Below the pieces are notes generated by a model. That model had not been told where the DNA came from. It made no database searches and saw nothing but the letters and a program-made list of their open reading frames with translations. From NCBI GenBank assembly GCA_963719425.1, contig OY970382.1:586880-650879 (forward strand): DNA of 64,000 bases, given 5' to 3'. Position 1 is the stretch's first letter, and each line of letters begins with the position of its first letter. Shown here piece after piece: positions 55,829 through 64,000 of the stretch. This DNA is from an uncultured bacterium (lineage in GTDB: Bacteria; Patescibacteriota; Minisyncoccia; UBA6257; 2-01-FULL-56-20). A program made the translations under genes and the position numbers.

Positions 55829-56593
55829 TTACGTGATGCGGCGAGGTGTGAGGCCGAACAACTTCTCCATGCGGGTCAAAATCGTCTGGCAATACTCCTC
55901 GTCGCGTTCTATTAACACGCTCGACCTTTTGACCTGTTCGGCGGCGACGGCCGTCGTGCCGGAACCGGCACAACAGTCGTACACCGCGTCTCCAATAGCC
56001 GTGGAATTGAGGATGAGCCGCCGCACGAGGCCGACGGGCTTCATTGTGGGGTGAAGCGGGCTCTTCGCCGGTTTTGGGAACCAGAGCACCGACTTGTCCT
56101 TCGCCTTGCGGAATTCGTGCTTGCCATACCAGCCGTAGGCGATGAGTTCGAACTGCGGGAGGTAATCCTTGCGTCCTATCACCGCATTGTTTTTGAGCCA
56201 CAGAAGGAGCTGGGAGAAATGGATGCCCGCCCGCTGCATTCCTTCGCGCAGGGCGAAGATCATGAAGTCGCTGTTGAAAACGTAGAAAGCATTCTTGGTC
56301 GCGAGATGCGGCAGGACGGGCATGATCCAGTCCTTCGTAAACTGCACATACTCGGACTCGCTCGTAATGTCGTCGTTCCAGACCTTCTTCGGCTTTCTGA
56401 TTTTGGAAAATCCCTCTTTGGATTCCACGATCCTAACTCCGTAAGGGGGATCGACTATCACGGCGCGTATTTTTGCGTTGCCGATTACGCGATCCACGAA
56501 CTTGGCGTCGCGAGCATCGCCGCACCCGAGCACGTGGTTGCCGATCCGGAAAATATCGCCGCACGCTATTTTGTTGATGGGAGATTTTTTCAT
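55829..56593 (-). CDS. DNA methyltransferase (N6-adenine/N4-cytosine, DPPY family)
   Basis: IVDPPYG motif IV and C-terminal AdoMet motif I (DCCAGSGTT). Confidence 0.85.
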   Translation of the reverse strand: MKKSPINKIACGDIFRIGNHVLGCGDARDAKFVDRVIGNAKIRAVIVDPPYGVRIVESKEGFSKIRKPKKVWNDDITSESEYVQFTKDWIMPVLPHLATKNAFYVFNSDFMIFALREGMQRAGIHFSQLLLWLKNNAVIGRKDYLPQFELIAYGWYGKHEFRKAKDKSVLWFPKPAKSPLHPTMKPVGLVRRLILNSTAIGDAVYDCCAGSGTTAVAAEQVKRSSVLIERDEEYCQTILTRMEKLFGLTPRRIT

Positions 56594-56598
56594 GAGGG

Positions 56599-57861
56599 TT
56601 ATTGCGTTAGCTTTTTATATCTGGCGACGATGAGGTCGCAGAACACGGGCTCCAATTCGACGAGGTAGGCCCGGCGTTTCAATTGGTGCGCGGCCACGAG
56701 CGTGCTGCCGCTTCCAGCAAAACTGTCCAAGATGATGTCGCCTGGCCGCGTACAGCGCCTGATCGCTTTTTCATGGAGAGTCGGCGGCTTGGCAGTCGCA
56801 TGCGTGTACTCGGTGCCCGGCAGTCGCCGCACGAGCCACAGATCAAGTTGGTCCAGAATGTCGTCGATCAGCCGATTGCCAGACGAGAGTTCCTTGTTCT
56901 GGATCTCGTTGAACGATTGAAGTCCCCTCGCGAGGAACGGCTTCCCGCGAACGCCATAGACCGCCGGTTCGTAGCACTTTGAAAAGGCGACGTCGGGCGT
57001 CGGGTTTTGCCCGTTCTTAACCCACAGGCACACGCGCTTGTTGTGGATGCCGAGTTCGGCATAGAGGGTCTGCAAAAGCCATACGTAGCTCTGGTCGCAG
57101 TAATAAAAGACGTGCGTATCGTCCTTCGCAACAGCAAGTGCGTTCACGATGCTCTCACGCAAGAACTCCTTGTATTCCGGATCGCTCCGTGTGTCGTTCA
57201 CGGTTGCCCCGTAGTTCGCGTGGCCGCCCACGCCTTTCGCGTATGACACGCCGCCTTTGAGGTTATAAACGGGATCAGAATAAATCATGGACGCCTTCTC
57301 GCTCCCGAAGAGTTTCTTCAAAATAGCGGCGTCGGTCGCATCGCCGCAAATCAATTTATGAGGGCCGAGCGTGATGACGTCGCCGAGCTTCGTCTTCGGT
57401 TTCTTTATTTTTTCCAGCTCGCGATCAATGTTGAATTCGTCATCTTCCACTTCCGCGATGTCGTCCCAGAGGTGCGCCAGTTCCTCGTCTTTAAAACCGA
57501 CGGTCAATAACAATTCCGTGTCGAATGTGCGGAGCAACTCGTATGCCCAGTCGCCACGCACGGCGTTTGAGGTGAGTAAGTATTGTTCGAACTCACGCTT
57601 CGTCAATTTGCGGTTCGGCACGCGCACTTCTATCTCCTCATTGCCGCGCCCCAAAAGTTGCAGCGCCTTCAACCTTTGGTGACCGGCGACCACCGTGCCG
57701 TCCGCGTCGATCGCGGGAAGTTCCACGACATTGAATTTCTTTAAACTATTTTTGAGCGCTTCAAGCTGCGCTTCGCCGATGGTGCGAGGATTTTTGGAAA
57801 ACGGAACGAGGGCGTTGATAACTTTTTTTTCCGTATGCCAAGTCAAAGATTGTTTACTCAT
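56599..57861 (-). CDS. ParB-like nuclease domain fused to a DNA methyltransferase
   Basis: N-terminal ParB/Srx fold (ELPAIDADGTVVAGHQRL), then SDPVYN (motif IV variant) and DSFAGSGST. Confidence 0.85.
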   Translation of the reverse strand: MSKQSLTWHTEKKVINALVPFSKNPRTIGEAQLEALKNSLKKFNVVELPAIDADGTVVAGHQRLKALQLLGRGNEEIEVRVPNRKLTKREFEQYLLTSNAVRGDWAYELLRTFDTELLLTVGFKDEELAHLWDDIAEVEDDEFNIDRELEKIKKPKTKLGDVITLGPHKLICGDATDAAILKKLFGSEKASMIYSDPVYNLKGGVSYAKGVGGHANYGATVNDTRSDPEYKEFLRESIVNALAVAKDDTHVFYYCDQSYVWLLQTLYAELGIHNKRVCLWVKNGQNPTPDVAFSKCYEPAVYGVRGKPFLARGLQSFNEIQNKELSSGNRLIDDILDQLDLWLVRRLPGTEYTHATAKPPTLHEKAIRRCTRPGDIILDSFAGSGSTLVAAHQLKRRAYLVELEPVFCDLIVARYKKLTQ

Positions 57862-57871
57862 GTTTTATTGA

Positions 57872-58111
57872 TTAATGCTTTGGGGTAAGGCAGCGACCGA
57901 CATCGCGCCAGAATGATGGCTCAGTTTGCCAATGTTCCAAGACGGGCACGGCAACGCCGAGCGATTGAGCGAATGCCTTCAGGGCACTGGGCGTTTTTTC
58001 CCTCATTGCGGCATACCACTCTGCGAACGCAAGACGCTTGCGCGGGTCGCGATTCTCGAGCACAAGGAGCGCGTTCCCGGGATTGTTTGATGTTTGAGGT
58101 TTATTTTTCAT
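57872..58111 (-). CDS. hypothetical protein (about 80 aa)
   Basis: The ORF opens at 58180 and an internal ATG at 58111 is preferred. No motif. Confidence 0.3.
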   Translation of the reverse strand: MKNKPQTSNNPGNALLVLENRDPRKRLAFAEWYAAMREKTPSALKAFAQSLGVAVPVLEHWQTEPSFWRDVGRCLTPKH

Positions 58112-58265
58112 TGATGCGATAAAAGTGTTCTCTGGCCTTTTTCTTTTAATGGAAACATCCCACCCCACTCCCTCGTCCAATCCATTTTTTATGAGAAATA
58201 CAACAAAAAATGCCGACTTTTCGGCATTTCACTTTTCGCTATCCACTGGAGAGGGCGAGGGAGTC

Positions 58266-59078
58266 CTACGAATCAGAGATTTCTATAACTTTGTATTCTT
58301 CGTTAATCATATAGCCGCTTGGAGCGTGCGAGATGATGAAGCGTTGGTCCTCACGTTTCCCGAGAGAAAAGGTACGACGGGCGGTGACGTTCATTACGCG
58401 GATTGCTTCTCGGAGCGATCCGGCGTTTACATAATCGGTTTTCCCGCGCAGCTCGTCGGTTGACACAAAAGACTCTCGTCCCAAAAGCGCCTCAAAGATT
58501 TGGCGGCGCATTTTATCCAAATGATAGCACTGCGAAGATTTTGATCTGCGATATAAATTCCCGTCAGTTTGATTGAATATAAAAACATTAACGTTCGTCT
58601 CGCCGGATGCAGACATAATCGGCAGCGTCGTCAGTAATTTCTGCGCTGTCTGCGTGCTGATTTTGGAAATCACCTCTTCGCTCAACTCAACTTTATTATT
58701 TGTCTCTGGCCCTGGACTTCTCATCGCCGGACGCGGCGGAGGCAACATCGTAATCCTCGGCGGCCAATCAAGAGAGGTTTTGATAATTTTGGAATAATTG
58801 TCTGCCAGCTTGGCAATGTCCATTATGCCGGAACTTCTCATCGCATTAGAGAGATTTTCAGCCATAGCGCTAAACTGTCGCATCATGGGTTCGGCGTCGA
58901 TCGCCAATTTTTCCATAACCGCTTGTATTTTCATATTCTGCTCGGCGAGATACCGCTGCCCTTCCGGCGTAGTGAAATATTCCCGCGCTGTCATTTCGAG
59001 AGCGGACTTTTCCTTTTTCATAATGGCCGTCGTGGTAGGCTGGACGATTTTTTCTGTTTTACGTTTCTGCTTGGGCAT
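58266..59078 (-). CDS. hypothetical protein (270 aa), divergently transcribed from the LexA-domain giant gene
   Basis: Intact ORF with a Lys-rich N-terminus. No motif. Confidence 0.4.
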   Translation of the reverse strand: MPKQKRKTEKIVQPTTTAIMKKEKSALEMTAREYFTTPEGQRYLAEQNMKIQAVMEKLAIDAEPMMRQFSAMAENLSNAMRSSGIMDIAKLADNYSKIIKTSLDWPPRITMLPPPRPAMRSPGPETNNKVELSEEVISKISTQTAQKLLTTLPIMSASGETNVNVFIFNQTDGNLYRRSKSSQCYHLDKMRRQIFEALLGRESFVSTDELRGKTDYVNAGSLREAIRVMNVTARRTFSLGKREDQRFIISHAPSGYMINEEYKVIEISDS

Positions 59079-59172
59079 TGCAAGCTAATGGTAATTCACC
59101 TGTTTCGCTCGAGCAAATTGGTATAGCGAATCACGGCCTGAGAACCAAAGATCTACGCCACGAGGTAGGGGT

Positions 59173-59204
59173 GTTGACACCTGAGTATTTACTCAGGTAA
59201 TATA
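59173..59204 (+). promoter_or_regulatory. sigma70 promoter (TTGACA, 18 nt spacer, TAATAT) with a perfect palindrome CCTGAGTA-TT-TACTCAGG in the spacer (candidate operator)
   Basis: Consensus -35. The dyad-symmetric site sits between -35 and -10, about 10 nt before the start codon of the LexA-DBD gene. Coordinates are within 1 nt. Confidence 0.5.
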
Positions 59205-59209
59205 CTCTT

Positions 59210-62200
59210 ATGGCAAAACCCATCACTGGACGACAACTCGAAGCCCTCCAGAAGATACAACTTCTTTCCGGGCGCGGCACCCCTCCAACTTTTAAAGAAC
59301 TTCGTAGGGCGCTGGGGGTCGCGTCCGACCAGGGTGTTATAGAGCTGGTGGATCACTTAATCGCGGGCGGCTATCTCCGAAAAGATGTCGGCCAAGCTCG
59401 CGGCATTTTTTTGACTCCGAAGGCGCATCTGACGCTCGGGCCGTCCGCGAAAGGAACCGATGAGCAAAGCGCACGAACGTTCCGCTTCAAGCCGGTCCAA
59501 AGGCGAGTGTACGAAGGTCTCCTGAGAATCGATCCGCGCTTGGGCCGCGCGTACGAAGGCGGCTTGCGCGTATTGCTCGATCGTAGCAATCCAGAAAGTA
59601 TTTCCCAGTCGGCTCATTCTATGCGGGAAATAGGCATGATGCTTGCCCGTAAAGCCGGAGAACCCAAAGATGATGCGAAAGATGAAAAGAGCAAGGAACG
59701 AAGCGCCTTTTCCAAAAAGATCTGGAAGGTGCTCGATCCTCGCGGGGGAACCACGGAACTCAAAACGGTTTACGATATTTGGAACGAGGAATTCCAGACG
59801 TTTTTCACGAAAATCGCGCACCATAACAATGGAGAAGAAGTTCCGCGAGAGGCGTACGACAAGAAGTTGGCCGAATTTGATGAGCTTTTACGATATGTCC
59901 TTGCCTTTCAAACGGAAATATACGAGGAGATCGACGGAATAATCAAAAAGGGCCCGGGCAAAGCTCACCCTCAACGTTTGGCGTTCTTGATCAAACGAAA
60001 CGTGGAATCGTATGGCTATTTCTTCCGGAACGCCAACGCGTCATGGCTCGATTTTTTGAAGGCCAATCTTCTCTTGACCTCGACGTGGGAGGTTGGCCAG
60101 TATCTTTTAAAAATCGCCAAAGAAAAACCCGCTGACGTGATGGACGTCATACTCAAAATGAAAGCCGTTCCGATGGCGTGGCGCATCAGGGATGCCATGG
60201 TGACGGCGGCCTCTAAAATGCCGTCGGATGTTGCGGCGAAGATTGTCCCTAAAATCGTTCGCCAGGAACACTGGCTCGAAACTACGCCCGGCCACTTGCG
60301 CGACCTGCTGCTCCACTCCCTAAACGATCTTCTGAAGACCCTTATCTCGGGCGGAAAATATCCAGAAGTCTTGAGCCTTACGCATAAGATGCTGGAGGTC
60401 AAAGTCACCGTCGATCCGACGACGAAACGAGCGATCGAGCGGCCGATGGACAGTTATTATTACGGCGAAATAATAAAAACTTTGCACACCCTGCCCGATG
60501 AGCAAGCCGGGAATTTGGCGAAGGTTCTTCGCGAGAAACTTTGCGAGGCGATCGCCGTTGAATCACCAGAAAGAAACGAGCAAGATTATTCTCATATCTG
60601 GCGTCCGGCCATTGAGGCAAACAGGCAAAATTGGGGGAACGAGAATACCAAGGAAATTTTGGTGACCGCTTTGCGCGATTTTCTGGAACGCCATGTCGCA
60701 TTTCTCATACAAACGGGCGCGACCGATATTCCCAAAAAAATCGCCGCGATCTTGGCGAATAAAATTGACTACGCCATTTTGAAGCGGTTGCGCCTCCATG
60801 TTTATCGTTTGCATATTCTCCAATTCAAAAGGGAAATTCCCGCTGAGCTACTTCGGAACGAAGAGGATTCGGATTTGTGGCATGAATATTTCCTACTTCT
60901 TCAAGCGGCGTTTTCTGAGATGCCCGCCGCATTTCAGCGTTCTTACGTCGCCCGCCTTTTGAAAAAGAAGCCTCGCAACATCCGGAAAGAAATGATTCCG
61001 TATTGGCGGGCGCGCCGCCTCGTGGCGATCAAGAATTATCTCCCGGAAGGAACGGCGAAGAGGTTTGAGAAAATGATTTCAAAATTTGACGATGATGACG
61101 CCGCCTTCACGATGCGACACGAAACCTTCCACGGCCCGACTTCTCCGTTGACCGAAGAAGAGATGGAAAAGGCCACGATCGAGGAATTGGTGGAGCGTTT
61201 TATAACGTGGGAACCTGCGTCCGACATTTTTTCTCCTTCCCGAGGAGGCCTCGGCTTGAGCTTCGCGAACGTCATAAAGAAACAGCCCGATCTTTATATC
61301 GGGAAGGTGACTCTTTTCAAAAACCCGAGGTTGCGACCCGTTTTTTTCTATCATCTTTTCGGAGCGCTGAGGGAAGTGTTGCACAAGCGGGGCGATCGGG
61401 ACTGGTCCGGCGTGGTGGATCTTGCGGCTTATCTCGTCCAGAACGGTCAAAAAGGTTTATTACCGGTTTTCGAGGATCCCAAAGAACGGGAGGCCGATTG
61501 GAACGATGTTTTCCAGAACGTGGCCCATTTTTTGAGCGACGGGTTGCAGTTCCAAGAGTACGGTTTCAAAAAAGATGATGATGAAAAGATATGGAATTGC
61601 ATTCAATTTCTTTGCCAAAACGAAGACCCGACCCCGCAGCGCGAGAAACAATACATGGAAGGGAATTTCGATCCCTACGGTCTTTCAATCAACACCGCCC
61701 GGGGGCAGGCATTCCACGCCCTCATCATGTACATCTTTTGGGCCAACCGAAACGCGAAAGCCGCGAAGCGCTTTATACCGGAAGGAGTAAAAACAATATT
61801 AGAAGAGCACCTTGACGTTTCCCGCGACGGCAGCTTGGCCGTCCGGTCGGTGTACGGCAGATTCTTCCCGTGGCTTTATTCCCATGATCGTGAATGGGTT
61901 GAGAAAATTACCCCTCTCATTTTCCCCGATGACAATGAGGAGCTTTGGTATGCCGCATGGGAAGGTTATCTTTTCACTTTCTTCGGCGACGTGTATCGCG
62001 CGTTCCGCGGTCTTTATGACAAAGCAATAGAAAAAATCGCGACACCGAAGCCGACCAGGCGCTATTTTATAGATCCCGTCGAAAGGTTGGGCGAACACGT
62101 CATGGTGGGGCTGGCCCACGGTTACGACGATGCCGGGGTCGCTCCGCTTTATGAAAAATTTTTCGCAAAAGCGAACCCAAAGCAACGAGGCGACGCCATC

Positions 62201-62698
62201 AGTTTCGCCGGCAGGCATTGGATCGTACGTGATCAAATACCCGAGGGTGAGCGATTGACCAGCACGAAACCGTTGGAGAAGTTTTGGGAATGGAGACTGA
62301 AAAATTCAAACTCCCCGGAGGAACTCCGGGAATTCGGTTGGTGGGTGAAGCCGGGTGCGTTCGACGATCGATGGATGCTTGAGAATCTCATCTGGACGCT
62401 GGAAAAAACGGAGGGGGATGTTGATGGGGAATTTAAAGTGATACAAGCGTTGGCCGAGCTCGCCGACAAGCACCCCCTCGCGTGCGCCAAGGTCATTTCC
62501 TTGGTCACACGCTCGCGTGTTAGGGAGAAAGTCATTTTTCACACCAACGAGGATGAAATAGGGCAAGCCCTGAAGAAAATATATGCTTCTAAAAACAAAG
62601 ATGCCCTTGAACTGGCCGATGGGATCGTCGATCACCTCACCAAGCTGGGCTTCGAGAGATTCCGATATATAAAAACACCGAGAGAGCCAGAGAAATAA
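59210..62698 (+). CDS. 1162-aa protein with an N-terminal LexA-type winged-HTH DNA-binding domain fused to a large alpha-helical repeat region of unknown function
   Basis: ITGRQLEALQKIQLLSGRGTPPTFKELRRALGVASDQGVIELVDHLIAGGYLRKDVGQARGIFL resembles the LexA N-terminal domain. No S24 peptidase domain follows. The rest is helical with no known motif. Confidence 0.7.
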   Translation: MAKPITGRQLEALQKIQLLSGRGTPPTFKELRRALGVASDQGVIELVDHLIAGGYLRKDVGQARGIFLTPKAHLTLGPSAKGTDEQSARTFRFKPVQRRVYEGLLRIDPRLGRAYEGGLRVLLDRSNPESISQSAHSMREIGMMLARKAGEPKDDAKDEKSKERSAFSKKIWKVLDPRGGTTELKTVYDIWNEEFQTFFTKIAHHNNGEEVPREAYDKKLAEFDELLRYVLAFQTEIYEEIDGIIKKGPGKAHPQRLAFLIKRNVESYGYFFRNANASWLDFLKANLLLTSTWEVGQYLLKIAKEKPADVMDVILKMKAVPMAWRIRDAMVTAASKMPSDVAAKIVPKIVRQEHWLETTPGHLRDLLLHSLNDLLKTLISGGKYPEVLSLTHKMLEVKVTVDPTTKRAIERPMDSYYYGEIIKTLHTLPDEQAGNLAKVLREKLCEAIAVESPERNEQDYSHIWRPAIEANRQNWGNENTKEILVTALRDFLERHVAFLIQTGATDIPKKIAAILANKIDYAILKRLRLHVYRLHILQFKREIPAELLRNEEDSDLWHEYFLLLQAAFSEMPAAFQRSYVARLLKKKPRNIRKEMIPYWRARRLVAIKNYLPEGTAKRFEKMISKFDDDDAAFTMRHETFHGPTSPLTEEEMEKATIEELVERFITWEPASDIFSPSRGGLGLSFANVIKKQPDLYIGKVTLFKNPRLRPVFFYHLFGALREVLHKRGDRDWSGVVDLAAYLVQNGQKGLLPVFEDPKEREADWNDVFQNVAHFLSDGLQFQEYGFKKDDDEKIWNCIQFLCQNEDPTPQREKQYMEGNFDPYGLSINTARGQAFHALIMYIFWANRNAKAAKRFIPEGVKTILEEHLDVSRDGSLAVRSVYGRFFPWLYSHDREWVEKITPLIFPDDNEELWYAAWEGYLFTFFGDVYRAFRGLYDKAIEKIATPKPTRRYFIDPVERLGEHVMVGLAHGYDDAGVAPLYEKFFAKANPKQRGDAISFAGRHWIVRDQIPEGERLTSTKPLEKFWEWRLKNSNSPEELREFGWWVKPGAFDDRWMLENLIWTLEKTEGDVDGEFKVIQALAELADKHPLACAKVISLVTRSRVREKVIFHTNEDEIGQALKKIYASKNKDALELADGIVDHLTKLGFERFRYIKTPREPEK

Positions 62699-62889
62699 AT
62701 GTTACACGTCTCGGCGGGGCGGCGATGCTCCATAAGCGCTGTATTTCTTAATCTTTTCGGAAAATGTTACCCTGATTGTGACATGCCCCTCCCGTGTAAC
62801 ATTTGTAACATTTTGCTCCTTTTCCAAAACTCCGAGAGCGACCTCCCGGCTTCGAAAACCACGTTTCCAAGAAAGCCCTGAAAGGCTCA

Positions 62890-64000
62890 TCAAAAAGAGG
62901 TTCCCGACCGATGATCACCGCAAATAGAGACTTCGCGATCAGAAAGAAATTTACCCTGCGTCCGCGCGGCGGACGCAACTGCCAAAATCTCGCGCCGCTT
63001 CGCGGCAAACTGGCTGGGTTCGGAAAATTCAAACAGGGCGGATTTATCACGAACCCTCGGGTTCGTTCCGATTTTTTGGACAAACGTTTTCAGATCACGG
63101 AACGTGCCGCCGTTTGCCAAAAAATCCGCTTGCTTCGTATCTTGTATCCATCCCCGCAAGGGTTCGACCCAGTTTTTTCTCCCGCGTTCAAAATCGTTCA
63201 GTTTTTCTTGGAGCGAGGCCGAGGCGCGCAACAATTCGTCCTTCCGTTTGAGATAGGTCGGCTTGGGGATGTCGCCATCCAGATAAGTTGAAACGAGCTT
63301 CTCCATCCGCGCCTCATTCGCCTTGATCTCATCGTTCAGATTTTGAACCGCGCTTTGCGACACCGATACATCTCCATTCTCCCACTCTTTGACCTTGCCT
63401 AGCATCCAATCGGTGTAGCGGTCGGAAAGCGCGATGGTTTGAAGCCGTACTTTGATCTGTCCCGCCAGCTCTGGCTCTTGGAGATAGGACTGCGAGCACC
63501 CGCCGCGCTTCTTGGAACAGCGGTAGTAGCGGTATTTCGTGCCCCAGCGATTGGTCGTCCACTGCGCGGAGATCATGGAGCCGCACTCGGCGCACCTGAA
63601 GAGTCCCGTGAAAGGAAAATCGTGTTTCGCGCGGCGGTGGCGCGGCCGTTCTTTGGACTTCAATACCTTCTGCACGGCTTCAAACAATGCGGGAGAAATA
63701 ATGGGTTCAAATTTTCCCTCAAACCATTCGTCGTTGTGCTTCACGAAACCGAGATAGGCGCGGTTCGTCAAAAGCCGCTTGATGGAAAATTTGGCAAGGG
63801 GCGTTCCGTTCTTAGAGACAACACCGAGGTCTTTCAGAAATAAGGCGAGGGACACGAACGAGTGCGTGCCTTTTTCGTACTCCTCGAAGGCGCGGCGGAC
63901 GATGCGGGCTTCCGTCGGATGCGGCTCGATGTTGCGCTTCAAGGGATTGTTCTGATAACCGAACGGCGCAAGATTGAGCCACTCGCCCCGCCGCAATTTC
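62890..64000 (-). CDS. large serine recombinase. The window holds the C-terminal recombinase and zinc-ribbon domains. The N-terminus lies beyond the window end.
   Basis: Recombinase domain, Zn ribbon CAECGS...YYRCSKKRGGC and coiled-coil. The ORF is open to position 64000. Confidence 0.8.
   Translation of the reverse strand, partial: KLRRGEWLNLAPFGYQNNPLKRNIEPHPTEARIVRRAFEEYEKGTHSFVSLALFLKDLGVVSKNGTPLAKFSIKRLLTNRAYLGFVKHNDEWFEGKFEPIISPALFEAVQKVLKSKERPRHRRAKHDFPFTGLFRCAECGSMISAQWTTNRWGTKYRYYRCSKKRGGCSQSYLQEPELAGQIKVRLQTIALSDRYTDWMLGKVKEWENGDVSVSQSAVQNLNDEIKANEARMEKLVSTYLDGDIPKPTYLKRKDELLRASASLQEKLNDFERGRKNWVEPLRGWIQDTKQADFLANGGTFRDLKTFVQKIGTNPRVRDKSALFEFSEPSQFAAKRREILAVASAARTQGKFLSDREVSICGDHRSGTSF

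Larger units (their letters stand above)
45942..64000. mobile_element. accessory/integrated region adjacent to tRNA-Ser(GCU): two tandem integrative elements, each with a large serine recombinase. The second is a degraded phage-like element.
   Basis: The tRNA 3' end is followed by a degenerate copy of its own T-arm/acceptor segment. AT-richer blocks occur at about 47.5-50.4 kb. Recombinases lie at 50432-51778 and 62890 onward. TerS/TerL, orphan methyltransferases and no structural genes. Confidence 0.55.

Noticed and set aside
58161-58265. 9-bp inverted repeat ACTCCCTCG/CGAGGGAGT enclosing a terminator hairpin (AATGCCGA-CTTT-TCGGCATT)
   Set aside because: Probably just a bidirectional terminator between two minus-strand phage-region genes. 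It is short and not a repeat family.
59201-59221. Apparent 1-nt discrepancy between my manual indexing of the start codon (59209) and the ORF track (59210)
   Set aside because: The translated track (MAKPITGRQ) fixes the frame. The discrepancy is probably my reading of the line. Nearby manual coordinates are given as within 1 nt.
1-64000. CRISPR arrays, rRNA genes, RNase P/tmRNA/SRP RNA
   Set aside because: No regularly spaced direct repeats and no rRNA-like conserved blocks were seen. The structured intergenic elements found did not match remembered signatures of the common housekeeping ncRNAs.

Overview
Mostly minus-strand bacterial window, probably a reduced-genome Patescibacteria/CPR-like organism (taxonomy is inferred from gene content). 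Positions 1-45.9 kb are core chromosome. Genes there include an N-glycan-scavenging cluster (GH18 plus two GH130 plus PAP2), ftsA-ftsZ, the ybeY/yqeY/rpsU/HIT/hisS/lepB/pth block, a complete type IV pilus locus (pilin, pilB, pilC, pilM-pilN fusion) with dprA, topA, rel, parAB, rbfA and infB. There are six tRNAs: Ile(GAU), Val(GAC), Leu(CAA), Leu(UAA), Cys(GCA) and Ser(GCU). A free-standing double-motif LAGLIDADG homing endonuclease sits inside the tRNA-Leu/Cys cluster. A 1400-aa surface protein combines a lipase fold with a C-terminal peptidoglycan-binding domain. A 594-aa protein of unknown function carries many CxxC zinc ribbons. Several long intergenic elements closed by inverted repeats may be structured RNAs. 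After tRNA-Ser(GCU) at 45.9 kb, the rest of the window is accessory DNA of partly lower GC. It looks like two tandem integrative elements, each with a large serine recombinase. The first carries a Nudix-Qng1 (queuosine salvage) fusion, alpha/beta hydrolases, a VOC protein and an MDR dehydrogenase. The second is a degraded phage-like element with TerS, a TerL broken by a +1 insertion in a G5 run, two DNA methyltransferases (one with a ParB-nuclease N-terminus), hypothetical membrane proteins and no capsid or portal genes. It also encodes a 1162-aa protein with an N-terminal LexA-type DNA-binding domain whose promoter spacer holds a perfect palindrome. That protein, the 594-aa Cys-rich protein and the 162-nt palindromic element between pilB and pilC are the strongest candidates for undescribed biology. 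No CRISPR array or rRNA was found. Manually derived coordinates may be off by 1 nt.
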